A DNA stretch of 64,000 nucleotides from Trichinella spiralis (lineage: Eukaryota), in assembly GCF_000181795.1 (NCBI RefSeq), contig NW_003526941.1, positions 1,061,844 to 1,125,843 of the forward strand, read 5' to 3'. Below, one piece after another: positions 1 through 13,497 of this stretch. The notes beneath the pieces are model-generated. The model was given only the letters and a program-made list of their open reading frames with translations. It was not told the origin of the DNA and made no database searches. Positions within the stretch are counted from its first letter, which is position 1. Each line of letters begins with the position of its first letter. Position numbers and translations under genes: made by a program.

Positions 1-363
1 CCATTTTAAAATTTAAACTAACAAACCATGTAGGAAAAAAAGAAGAGAGCTAAAACTATTGCAAAATAAGAAATAAAGCAAAATAGAGCACAGATCAATC
101 ATGATGAATAGAAAAATGAAATGAAAATTTCATTCAATTTTCATCTCATTCCACTAATCTCGCTCGTAGCATACTAAAAATCGACGTCACTTATTTCAGT
201 TTAGCTTAAAGTGAGTGCAGAATAGTCGGTCGGGTCGACTGAGCATATAATCGAACGACAAACAAAATCGTTGAAGTTACTTTTGCCAATTAATACAATT
301 TTCAAACGCAGAATACATACATCTATACATATAATAAATATGTAAAAATATCTTCACACTTAC

Positions 364-402
364 GGCAGATGTTCTCGTAACGTCGGGCAAATTCGTAACC
401 AT
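364..402 (-). CDS. Candidate alternative first coding exon A (MVTNLPDVTRTSA) of a gene continuing off the left edge
   Basis: ATG at 402, 13 open codons, then a perfect GTAAGT donor at 363, phase 0. Confidence 0.5.
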
Positions 403-3400
403 ATTTTTTTTGATTTAAAATAATACTCGTCGTAAAAAACAAATTTCACGCAAAGGTCGATTGACTTTTTCAACCACAGGGTAGTTAGTAGCTAGTGAGG
501 AGTTTTGCAGTTGGCTCCCCAAGCCCCCGGCTCGTTCGAATTTTAGCGTTATTCGTGATTATAAGTGATCGTCAAGTACAGGCGCGCCTGCGGCGGAGAT
601 CATTTGGCAACAACAGTTGCCGCTGTCGCCAAGCTAAACAATGCTGGATATATGTGTGGCGTGTTTCTTTGACAAACGAACACTGCACACACACGCACAC
701 ACAATTCCAATAACCAATGAATCAATTGAAAAATGAAAATGATAGAAAACGAAAAGAATTGGAAAAGTTCTAAAGTGAACCAATCAACCAACCAACTGCT
801 GCAGTCTGTTTTTCCTCGTCGACTACTACACTACTACTGCTATCGCTGCTATATTAACTACAACTGATGCTTTTGCTACTTCTGCTGCTTGCTGCTGATG
901 TTGATGATATTTGCTTTTTGCTTCGTTGCTGTTTATTGCTGGAAAAGCTGTTTGATTGCTTGCTTGCTTGCTTGCTGCAAGCTGCGAACTGAGCAAGATA
1001 TATTTAAGAAAAAAAAGTTGTCGAAAAGGAAAAAGATTTTTCGAATAATAAGTATTGCCAGCCGGCTAACAAAAAATCACACACACACACACAACAAGCA
1101 TAGAGAGGGAGAGACAGAGACAGCATTCAATGGAACCGTCGCCGGAAAACAAGGCGGCAAAAGGTCGTCACCAGCAGCTTGCTAACTGCCGAGGTCACGG
1201 GATAAACACCGAGGCCAGAAAGGGACACATACACACACACACACAGTCAACTATCGGAAGCTACTCCAACGTACACAATGCTTCTTCTGCAACGATACAA
1301 TCCTTCTCAGAGCCAGGGTCACCAAAAATACAACACCAGACAAAATTACACTGAAAACTTGTCCAAAAACAAATTTCCAGCTAGATGGCTTTCAATATAG
1401 CCAAGCATATAAAACGGTGCACTTTTTGTATACACAATGCCAAGAATGCAAAAAGCCAAACTATGTCAACAACTTTCACTTTTCCTCTCAATCACCTGCG
1501 AATGCACTTCAAAAGAATTCTGCAACGTAACTGAGATGACACTGCAGCTGTTTGCCTTCTATCAATTATACAACTCTGGTTATTGTATTACCTCTATTCT
1601 ACTATTCATCATTTCATCAATAACTGGCCAATCATAATTTCAAATCATGCAACAGCAAGTTGTCCATTACTGTTGTTGATCTGTATAAATATCATAAATC
1701 ACAAAAATGAAGAAAAAAAATACTTTACAAGTATGAACAAAAAAATTCATCATCCAACGATTCAATTATGCACGCGCAACAAAGCCAACGTTTCTACTCG
1801 CTTTGGATTGTAAATTTAATTTTCAATCCAAAGCTTACGGAACATGTTTTATTTAGCACAAGTATTTATATTTCCTTTCAATTCAACAACAATGATTATT
1901 GACTTCTTCAAAACTTGAAATAAAGAAAAAATTTTCATTGTTCTTCTTAAACAATTATAAAGCATTAATTAAAACAATATTCACAAATGTCTGCAAGAAA
2001 AAAAAAGAACAGAACGTGCAGTGATAATACTAATACTACTACTACTAATAATAATAATAATAATAATAAATTAATTGGTGGTCTCCTGCCCAATCCCGAC
2101 CAACATGGTTCAACAGAAACATGGCAATGCGACTGGTGCAACAACGTGAAAAGTGGGTAAACAGAAGCTAAAATATAATTTCACTCGAGATATTTGCCAA
2201 GTGAAAAATAATCTGATCAAATAAAAAAAGGTAAATAAGTATCATTTTCATGAAAATTCTTCTTCCCAGAGCTGTCAAGATGAAATCGATAACGATACTT
2301 CAATTATACACGACAAAAATGACATAACAAGCCAAAGATAGAAGTTGTTGGGTTGAATAAACGTTTACAATAATCAATCAAAGCAACAGCTTCAAAATAA
2401 TTTTTGTAACTAACTACTGGCTGATTTTCAAATCGCTATTCTTTTTTTATCAACAATTCGGTTCATCAATACAAGCAGATTCGTTTTCACATTCTCACTC
2501 AGAAGTGCGTTGCAAATAAATTAATTTAGCTATTCTATTTAAAAAAAAATTTGCCATTCTTCTTATACTTTGCTCGCAATATTTAAATGATTGCAAACAA
2601 GATTCTCCGGTCTCCTCCTCCTCCTCTTCCATTGCTTAAACCAGACCAGAATAAATAAATACACTGATGACTGACTGAATCAATAACTGTCCAAGCAAAT
2701 TAAAGATGTCAGAATTGCCAATTATTGAAAAACTAAATGTATAAAGCCAATAAAAAAAGCAAAACAAAAAAACAGAAGCTTTTCTCATTTTCAATGTAAA
2801 CAGCAGTGTGCTTAGCGACCGATGGCGTTAGACAAGCGTTGGACGAACGAACGAACGATGACCAAAAAATCAATCGACTGCAAAGCATTTGCACTGACAC
2901 TGGTGAAGTCGAAAAGTGTCAAACACCGTGCAGAAACGACCGCAAAGCCCAGTAGCTAGCTAATAGCTACGTGATCGATTTCTTTTTCTCCACACACAAC
3001 ACACACACACACACAAATATATATACATATAAATATACTCTATACACGCAAAAAATCAAAACAAAGAACAAGCTGAACCTTGCAAAGCTATTTTTAACGG
3101 ATACGGGTGTAAATGATGTTTACAGCATTTCATTAAAATATGACAACGCCATCTTCACAGATTCAACTCTGATCAACACGGTTTGTGCGACTGATGTGCG
3201 AAAATCCAATTGCCCTGAGAAGCTAATATAAACTAAGATCCATTCGACAACATTATAACAACACCAATGCAAGTGCCCTTTGTTGCTTTCAACATCACTG
3301 AAAAACATGCAAATTCGCAAACGCTATCCTACTTGCTGCAACATGTTTCCACCACATAATGAGAATGGGAAAAAAAAACTTTCTCAGTTGAATCAAAAGC

Positions 3401-3706
3401 AAATCAAGTTGATATAACAAAAATTAAGAAAATGCCTAGTAAATTCTACCAGCTGGAAAGCGATAAAAATAAAAAATAAATATATAAATAATTATGAAAA
3501 CCAGATTCCCTCGGCTAATAATTACAACAAATTTCACGAGTATGAAACCAGCTCCCCAATGGAAACGAGAACATTCACGATTTCACTAAGCAAGCAAGCT
3601 ATGATTTTAAAAAATCGAGAGGACCACGACCCCGTCAACGTCAAATATTGTTTGTAGCTGATGGATGTGATGTGGAATAGTTGTTCGACAGAATTATTAC
3701 CTTTAC

Positions 3707-3850
3707 CTTGGCTGCAGATTCTTTGATGTCGATGTGCGACGGACGCACAGGTTTCGTGTCAGTTTCCCCAACTTGAGCATCTAAAGCGCCCATCTCTCTG
3801 GAAACGGTCTCAGCGATGCTGAGTCGACTTTCCAAAGGAGCGGTCGACAT
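3707..3850 (-). CDS. Candidate alternative first coding exon B (MSTAPLESRL...KESAAK)
   Basis: GC-rich 48-codon ORF from ATG 3850, ending AAG|GTAAAG (phase 0); a second in-frame donor lies 6 nt further on. Confidence 0.6.
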
Positions 3851-5779
3851 TGGCTCGCAGAGTTTGCCAAAATGCCTGAAACACGCACGGCAGAGCAGCG
3901 CTGAAGCGCGCTTAACAACACTGGCGCCTGACGATGATTTTCAGCAAGGGATTTTCTCAAAAGCTGAACGTCGTCGATCGAACCGACAACGACCGATACA
4001 AGAAGCAAGCTGGTCGCGCCATTCAAGCGGATCGATTCCTCTCAAGCGGACTAAGCATATGGCCGGTCGAACTGATTCATGATCCAAGGCCAATGCAGAA
4101 ACACACAGGCGGCAGTGGAATACACTAACTGCAGCCTGCTTGCACGTTGAAGAGACAGACAGACACAGAGATTCTGCCAGCTCTTTCACCACACCACCGC
4201 TGCTGTTCCGCTCTTTCTACCCAGACGATCAAATCAATAAACCGACCGATAGATGACTGACTAGACCAAGCTTGTGATGCTGGGTCGTTGTTTTCTTACA
4301 ATCAATGTGCGCTCCAAAATTAGCCGCTAATACCACCAACCGACAGTGCTCGCTCGTCAGCAACATCAAACAAACGCGCCAAATCGTCTCTGGTCATAAA
4401 CCAAAACAGCGTTTAATTAATTCCATCTCGACTAGTATCGTTTGGACATCGATCAAAATTGAATTTCAGAAATTCAAGAAAATAATAATAAAATGCGATT
4501 TTCCACTCCCAAAAAACCAATCAACTAACATTTTGCAACAACGAGGAAAAAAAGGTTTACCTCACCGCACGCACCTTAGCGTGCGTCGCACGAGAATTGA
4601 AGAAACAATATTTTTTTCATTTCTTCAAAAGTTAATAGCAACTAACAACAATTGATTAAAAAGCAATATTTAGAATAGCCAAATTAGACAGTTTACGAAA
4701 ATTCAAATAGTATCTGTTCTCGATCTGAAATAGCTGAACATTTACAAACGATAAGCACATTACGTAAGCAATCATTACTGATGCTGGAAATTAGATAACA
4801 AAATGCACAGAAGAGATAAGCTGAACAATTTTTACGAAACCAGCACAAAAATTTGATCTGCAGAACAAACATCGACAATAAATCGCATTATAATTTTGAA
4901 ATTAAAAATAAAAACTGTCCCAATAAATTAACTGTTCTCGCCATGGCCAAGTATAAGCTCTTGTCAATGGAAACACGGCACTACATTATGCAACATACGA
5001 AATGATTAAAGAAGAAGAAAAAAATCAATCAGCTCCTTTCACAGATGTAATTTTGCGTATTAAATTCAATTTTAGAAGAGAAAAAAACTGAAATGCCATA
5101 TGAAGTTACACTGATGCAAAAAAGAAAGAAAAACCAAAAAAAATTCTCAGACAGATAAAAAAAATAAAAATGCTATGCCCAATTGTAACGAGTGAATGTT
5201 TCACGAAATGACACAACATCGCGAACAAATTTCAATTTTCCGTTATTTTTGATAATGCAAAAAGAAAAAAGAAAGAATACGAAAAACGATTCGTTCTTGC
5301 AAATCACTTTGCTACAGTAATGATTTGCATATTCTATTTTTTTCATTTATCGTTTTCAGTATCGTTCGCAGTGGGTGGTGGAATTGGGCAAAAGGGAAAT
5401 TATTCAACTCAGAAAAGAACAGGGCCGCCACTGATCCGTCCGTCACAGTGGTGGTGGAGCAAAGCGATCATGAATTGGTCGCCGTCGCCGGTTGTGTGCA
5501 AACGCGCTTGCAATGAGCGCGCAATGCTAGCGCTTGAACAAAAACTAGTTTTTGCCGAGCTTACGTCACACGTAACGAGCGAGCAAGCGAACAAGCCAGA
5601 GAACGGGGCAATGAAAAAGAAGAAGAAGATGATGATGATGATGAAAATGCAAAGACCAAAGCTGTTCAAATATGCTGCTCGTCGAATGGCAAAAGTGAGA
5701 TAATAAGAAAATTTGCATATGATATCTAGAGTGTGGACAATGGTTTTCTTTTTTCAAAAAAAAAGTAAATATTACTTAC

Positions 5780-5836
5780 CGATTGTTTTTGCAACGTATC
5801 AACACTGGAAAGTGAGACGGCGTCGATGTCAGGCAT
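5780..5836 (-). CDS. Candidate alternative first coding exon C (MPDIDAVSLSSVDTLQKQS)
   Basis: ATG at 5836, 19 codons, TCG|GTAAGT donor, phase 0. Confidence 0.55.
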
Positions 5837-7542
5837 GTTTATTTCAGTTGAGCTGTACAGAGACGATGGCTAATGATGATGATGATGATGATGCAGTTTG
5901 CCTGAGTTTGGCCGGTGCTGGTGATGTGCTTGGTTGGTTGGTAGAACGCTGGTTTTCAGTTTCTCCAAACGATGCTGCTTTTTCTCGCACAGACACAGAC
6001 GGCAGCCGGTTGCTTGTTCGTCGTCTTCAACAAAATGAAAAACACAATGAAAATGAAAATGGCAAGAAGAAGAAGAAGACTGGGATGATAAAGGAGGAGG
6101 AGAAGGAGGAGAAAACGAGCGTGCGCGCGCGCGGCGGCGAGAAATAAAATAGGCGCAAGTTGAACGACGACGCCTGTCGGTCCGTCGTCGGCCGACCAGA
6201 CGCTGTCAAACTAGCGACAAACGCCCAATCTGGACTAGTTATATTTAAATGGGAAAAATTCAAACAAAAAACTGTAATAATAAGTACACACACACACACA
6301 CACGAACGAATATCGCTCAATTGAACAGATCATCGTCGATGGTGGTTACAAAATGAAAATGAATATTCATAATGAATAATATTAAAGAAACAATCTCGTT
6401 TAATAAAATACTCCACTGATGCAAGCTTTTGCCAGTGAATGAATTGCGACTGATTGATCAAAGCAGTGGAAAAAAATTACAAATCGATAACAGTCTCGCA
6501 CGGTGAACAAAACCGGCGGATGATGAGCCCAAAGCACGCACGCACAGCTTTACCGCCGGAAAAGCTGTCAGCAAACTGTCGCTGGCCGATACCAAGCGAG
6601 CCGCAACTGGCAAAACAAGTTTCTCCAAGCAGGGCACTTATGAAAATGAGAAAATGGTTTCCTTTCATTCGCTACAAACGACAGCGTCCTTCGACAGCGA
6701 AAAGCGACAAAATTAACATAATTAAATGTTTGTTTAAGTTTTACATTTCAGAACATCGTAGACAACAATATGAAAAATAAATATAAAGAAAAAAAGGAAT
6801 TAATTAATAACCACTGACGTGATTGACTTACTACACAGTGGAACACTATCAACAATGGACAACCCTGACTGACGCTAACACGCTGTTCAACTTTTCAACA
6901 ATTTAAATACTACTTTGCAGCAAAAATATTCACAATAATCAAAATTTGAAAATTTTCGATTCAAAATAAATACAACAACATAAAAAAATTTCAAAAAATG
7001 CAAAATTACATTTTAAAAATAGCAACTGGGCTAATTAATTAAATGACTCACTTCGTACTGTACCTATGAACCGTGTAATAAAGGTGTAACAATACAGTAA
7101 GTAATTATCTGAGAAAAATTTACCAAAAACAGCTAAATCTTAACAATTGCAATATGCAAATATTAATGAAATTCATGAATTTGAAACAGTAGCTGTATAA
7201 GGGGTTCAAGAGTAAAGCGTAAAGTCGAAATTGCATTCAAAATTGAAAAATTTAAAACCATCACGTCTACCCAACTCTACCTGTCAATGTCAATAATGTT
7301 ATTTAATTTACACTGAACAAAACCTATGAAAATGTCATCGATGAAATCGACTCGTACATCTACTAATGTTCCCAACAGAAGAACGAACCACTTTGACAAT
7401 GAAACATTTTCGAACATGACATGCAATCGTGCATTTCAAAATCTGTTATCGACTAAAATGTAAAGTAATAAAGCAAACAAGGAAAATATTAAAACTTTAC
7501 ACCGTATGTTATTTTATATACTTAAAAACGTAACGCACTTAC

Positions 7543-7572
7543 CAACTGACGAAAATGTGATAATGTGACCAT
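7543..7572 (-). CDS. Candidate alternative first coding exon D (MVTLSHFRQL)
   Basis: Pyrimidine tract plus AG 2 nt before ATG 7572, 10 codons, TTG|GTAAGT donor, phase 0. Confidence 0.45.
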
Positions 7573-8121
7573 GCCTACCGGAGTGAAAAAGAAAAACCAA
7601 AACAGCTATGAATTCAAAATAAATGATTTTCAAGTTTCATTTCACAGTTACCGTAAGTAATTACGCTTACCTTTTTGTTGGGTTGTTTTTCAATATTCTG
7701 AAAACGTTATACATGATTTGGTAATATAAAAATCTCTGAATTAACTGAACTTGATTATAGTCATTTCAGCTTTGGTGTATTATATGTGAAAAAGTGATCG
7801 AGTCGAAAGAGCAACACGTCATCACTGATTTAAAAAAAATCAAAATAAAAAAATTTCATTTCATAAATTTAATAAATTTATAAATTCACCGTAAACACTC
7901 GCCGACTTGTACATTTTCTACAGATGTGAAAGATTATTTCAAAATTCTAAACAGTGCATAAATAGCAACAGCTCGTAGAGATAGCTGCACATTAGTCTCT
8001 TCAAGTTGAGCGCACGGCAACGTTCGCAGCCGGATGAATATGTTGAATTTATACTCGAGAAGTGGCAGAAAGTAAAATAAAAATTACTGAACTGCTATTT
8101 CTGTTCATAAATAAAATAAAA

Positions 8122-9367
8122 TTACAACAAAGTTCCAAATAATACACATTTTAAAGCTTTAAAAACTGACCACATTAGTCCACTTTCTTCGTCATTGCAT
8201 CGATTGAACTGGAACTGCCGAACAATTGATAACAATACAGACTGAACAACAAACACAATGAAACGCAGCGATGAAAATACAACATAATATGTAAAAATTG
8301 TTGGAAGAAGAAAAAAGAAAATAGTGAACGCCACTGTTCCTAATAACAACTGCTCTTTATCGAAACAGCACGAATCGACTCGATTTCTTAACGGGTTGTA
8401 CTTTTTGCCACGAAACAAGCGACCCAATGAAATCAAACCGTTCAATTGCAACTGATAAAACCTATCAAATGCAACTTTCAACCAGTTGTTAAACAAAATA
8501 CGCAAACGATAAATCACTAAATCAACGCAGAAAAAGTAACATTACTTGAAAATCAAAACCGTACAATACAGTAATACACAATTGTGATGAAAATATTTAA
8601 TTTAAAGGATCATAATTGTGCTAAGTTGGAAATTATTCTAATAATATTCAATTTAAACTGTTTACAGTAATTAAGTAACAGTCTCACCTGCCAGCGTAGA
8701 CATAAAAGCAAAACACGTGAACTGTAAAGAGACTTATTGAATCATACAGCACTGCCAGTGATATGCTTATGCCGAACAGTGAAGCGTAATTGAAACTCAA
8801 AGCGGTGAAATGAATTAAAGGTCGTAATATATAAAGATATCCTGTAAGATTAATCAAAATCAAACGAAAAAAAAAACTTTGTAAAAAAAGCTACTTCTCC
8901 AAAGTGTTATGTGATAAATGAAAAAACTTCCCAGTGCAGTATTCAATGGTTTGTTGAGTTTCAGACCACCAGGAGCGCCCATCAGCCATTCTATTAGCCT
9001 TTGAATCCACATGATGTAAATCTATAATTTATCACAAGTATAAAAAAGAAGTTGAAATATCTTTTCTTTTCGTGTAGCTAGCTTACTTCACAGTTTTCAG
9101 CAAATTGGTTGACAAATGTGGCATTTCGCATCATTAAAAACAGTGACAAACCAACAAGAAAATCGATCAACAAATAAGACCATCTAAAAGTGAAAAAATG
9201 TTAACAGTTGCACAGTTCTAATGATTTACAACAAAAGCTAAGCTTACCGTTTGTTATATATTTGGTCGAGCTTGGCGCAAACTGCATCGTAAAGTAAAAT
9301 TCGTTTGAAAAGAAAATTAATTTTACGTAACTCATTGACTATATTGATATAACCATCTTTGATCATC
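8122..9367 (-). CDS. PIGQ: PIG-Q/GPI1, GPI-GlcNAc transferase subunit Q. Exons about 9248-9367, 9087-9183, 8895-9021, 8688-8841, 8122-8461; 5' exons up to about 9870 unresolved
   Basis: Spliced frame contains the Gpi1 motifs [16 protein letters not shown] and [16 protein letters not shown]...QLLLGT..FTI.FFLLPT; GT-AG phases are consistent. Confidence 0.9.
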
Positions 9368-10062
9368 CTAACTACATAAAAATTCAAAGAAATTTATTTC
9401 TTGAATTTACATATTCAACACTGATTTGTGTTAAATGATTCGTCACCTAAATTAGCATTATCATACTGTACTCTACTCAACTCAACTCAAAAATCAAAAT
9501 TTAATTGTAGTCTTTAAAATTTTGTTTTCATCAATTGTGTTACTTTGATAATTGCAAATGATAAACTCATTTCAGGTGGAAGAACTTTTACACACTTTAA
9601 TTTTACGAAATTCAACATTTGAACATCACCTTAAAGTGCAATAACGTAAATAATCTGTGACGCAATATATAAAGTTGAAGATTAAATGTTACATTTCAAA
9701 ATTACTTACATGGTCATGTTTCAAAATGCTAACTTTACATTTCTTTATGCATTTCAAAGCAAATCTAAACTATTCATAACACTATATGCAAATCGTCAAT
9801 TCTCTGAAGAAGTTCAAACTCTCTGAATAAAACTTTTAATAAGCTTACCAGTTGTTGTTAAACATAATAATTATAAATATTAAAAACAAAAATGAAAAAT
9901 AAGAAATAAAAATGTAAATTTTTATTTCATATGATATTATCAGCCACAACTGCAAGTTCTTAGAATGTTACTAGATTGGACTACCAAAAATCCCAAATCA
10001 GGGTTTTCCTTCATGGCAGCTATTTTTACCTAACGTACAGTGATCGACTATCTATCTAAAAG

Positions 10063-12226
10063 CTAATGGCCAGCATGTTTGACCTCTGGAATAGCCTTCC
10101 CCATTGCAGCATACTTCTGACGTAAAGAGTCCGGCATTTCAGGTGGTGGCGGACGTGGCATGCGAAAAGTGACTTTGACAAAGTCATAAATAAACCATTG
10201 CAAAGCAGTCAGCGTACCAATCATGATAATTCTTGGCAACAATCCTTTCCATACGCCACGCCATCCAAGCTTACGAAGAGCCTGAGCAGCGGTGGAACCA
10301 GAATCTTGATTCAATTTCGAAACCACCGAGTCAGCTGGATGCGAAACCAATGCACAAAAAACTCCGGCTAAAAAATAAAACCTTTTCCATATTCGAATAT
10401 TCAAAAACCAAACACACTCTGCATCCAACACGTACCTATATATCCTGCAATGAACGTCACACCCAACTGTTCAGGTTTACTGCACTGAGAACGAGGCTTC
10501 GGTACGACATAACGGTACAACAGCTCCACTGTGCGCTCAAAGCAAGCAAACTTCATCATTGTGTATGGAATTTGACGCATCCACAACGGCACAATGCCTT
10601 TATAGAAACCCCACATTCCTTCTTGACGTAAAATAGTCGGAGCCACACGTCGCAAAGCCGATGGGCATCCTGGTTGAGTCTGTATGCGCACTTTACAAGC
10701 TTCCATTGGTGCCAACATTATATCAGCAAAAAATTCTGCACTCGCACTAGCTGCCAAATAAAGACTCGTGCGCCACAAATAAGAATTTTCCTTAAAAAAA
10801 CAAAACATCATTTTTTAATGTAAAAAATTAATAACAAAAATGTTCACTAACCTCTCCCAATGCATTGCTGTAAACAACTTTGAAAATTTCGTAGAAACCA
10901 AATTTTCCAAGTCCTTGCAAAGAATAACCAATAGCAGTCGGCGCCCAACCTCTTGCCAAACCACGAATGCCTTCTTCCGACACTGTAAGCTTAAATCCAT
11001 TTGCTATACCTCGATATTTTTCTGGATTTACCTTTAAAAAATAATAAAATTATTATAACTATCACTTTAAAAAAGAATGGAAAAACAAAATTACTTGAAT
11101 GCGACATTTCACCAGATCTAATGGAACAACACCAGTATGCGTTAGGCCGCAAGACACCACACCACCAAGACCGCACAAAGCAAAATATTTTCCAGAACCA
11201 AACTCGCAACTATATTCATCTGAAAGTATTAAATATAGTGTGTAAAGATGAACGTAGCCAGTGTTTAATTTCAAATAATTCATTAATGCAATACCAATTT
11301 TTGAATGATACAGAGACCAATAAGAATGACTAGAAAATGCATGATAAAATATCCAATTAATAATAGTGAGGATGCAAAACCAGGCGAAAAAAATGGGTGG
11401 TGTTTGAAGAAAACAATAAATGATATAGCAAAAGAATGCCATGTTACAACTGAGAAACAAACAACCAAAAAGAATATGGCACTTTAATAAAGAGAGAAAT
11501 TTTTAAATTCAGCCGTAGGCGACGTCAACAGAAATCGAAGCCACTACCGCAACGGAAAAATAAGTACTCTGAGTAATGCGCTACTGTAGCACAATCAAGT
11601 TTTAAAATATTTTACAGTGCATAACTTCCAACTTACTTACTTACTTACTTACTTACTTAAATAACACAGCCTCATCATAAATTTAGTAAAACTTATTCCA
11701 CTCTTAACAAATTTAAATACCAACTAAAAGCTTTAACACAAAGACATTATATCATTAATAACTATGTAGTCTTTCAAAGAAAACATCTATTGTATAGGTA
11801 GTGACTAAGATGTACATTAACAAGATCATTTTCATTTCAGAAAGAAATGCTGTTTTGAATGCAATTCATAAAAACAAAACCAACTTATAGAAACAAAATT
11901 TCAACAATAAATTTACTACAAAGCTTGCTTCATGCATGCATGTAAGTTCGTAATTATTTATTTATTTATTTATATGTGTCGTTAAATGAAAATAATAGAC
12001 AAAATAAATAAAAAAAAAGATAATAATAATAAAAAAGACAACATACTAAAGATGCTGAAATTAAAACCAATCAATCAACAAGATAAAGCAATGACGTAAA
12101 ATACTAATAGCTATAATTACCATTTGACGGCACCTTTCCATTCGATTGGCAATAAGCTGTTTTCATAACCGGTACTGAAAACGGGTTATACTTGGCCAGA
12201 ACTCCAACTTCGTCAAACAATCCCAT
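10063..12226 (-). CDS. SLC25A3: Mitochondrial phosphate carrier, 356 aa. Exons 12121-12226, 11095-11219, 10852-11031, 10436-10790, 10063-10367
   Basis: CEFGSGKYFALCGLGGVVSCGLTH, PLDLVKCRIQ, ASASAEFFAD, RQIPYTMMKFACFE, IMIGTLTALQWFIYD; all junctions are GT-AG and in frame. Confidence 0.97.
11631..11659. repeat. (ACTT)n tetranucleotide microsatellite in the phosphate carrier intron
   Basis: About 7 tandem ACTT units read directly. Confidence 0.9.
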
Positions 12227-13497
12227 GTTTGAAGCTTTTCTAAAATTTCACCATTACTTTAAAACAGAAAATTGTAACAATGAACGTTTCGCTCAAAAAT
12301 TAGCCATCTCTCAACATACGACTCAACTACACATAAAATATACCAAAATTTAATTTCTGTAATGAAGAAATGCACTCACATTGAAGCAGAAAAATGTCGG
12401 CGAACTTTCAACAAGCAATAACCAAAACAATCTCACTGTTGGAACTACAAAAGAGATTATCAAGTTACTACACATAAATAACACATTTCAGTTGGACTTA
12501 TTTTGTTAAAAAATAAATAAAAATTCTTTTAGAGGAAGCATCGCCCATACTTATAGATATTAAAAATGCTTTTAATTTCCTGAATATAATAATTTTCAAG
12601 TTCAGTGAAATTAACAGAAGCATAACGGATAATTTTTATCAAATTGTATCAACAACAACCATGACAACAATGCTTGCTAGAAGAAAAAACTTGCATTGCA
12701 GTTTTTATTTTACTAGACGAATTAAGTAATACAATAATTAAACTCTTGAATTAATACAACACTAATTAACATTAATACATTTTTGTGTGTGAAAAAATGC
12801 ACAAATCTTATGCATTTCTAAGCTCACTGGAATTTTTCAACGATAAAAACTAAAATGTTCCCAGATCAATAGATCACAATTAATTTTTATTCTTTATTAT
12901 TTTTGGAATAATTTATCAAAATAGCTTACTACTTTAATAACATTCAATCATCAGTAATTCAGCCATTTATTATTAATAAATGAAATACTGCGTTACTTGT
13001 ACCTTTGTACATAACTGTAAGGAAAAAGTATTTGCATGGAAACAGTGCCGTTTTATGCGAATTTGATTAATTTCTTTTGTAATTTATATCCTTAATGGTT
13101 AATAAATTACTTTTCAAATTTAAACTGACAATGCAATTTATAAATTTCAGATCAATGACAAACACACAATTATTTAGCATTGAGTGTTTCTCACAACTTT
13201 TGTGACCTAAAAATATTTGACACTTCAACATCATTTGTTGTTACTGTAGGATTTAAGTACTGTATTTTATTTGAAATTGCAAAAATATTGCATTTTATCA
13301 TTATCGGTTTGATTAAAGTAGAGCGTACAGTAGCTTAGTATCAGTTAAATTCGTTAATTAGTGAACCGCTCTGGTGAATCCTATGCAAATGCCATGTGAT
13401 TTATTGATATTAGCTATTTATTTTTGCAAACTGAAGTTTAATATTTTATATGCAGTTCAGTGATGTTTGCATGTTTTCAGAAGACACGTCGTTGAAA

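Noticed and set aside
11220..12120. Possible mutually exclusive duplicate exon, as in mammalian SLC25A3 exons 3A/3B
   Set aside because: No second CEFGS/SCGLTH-like exon is visible in the intron
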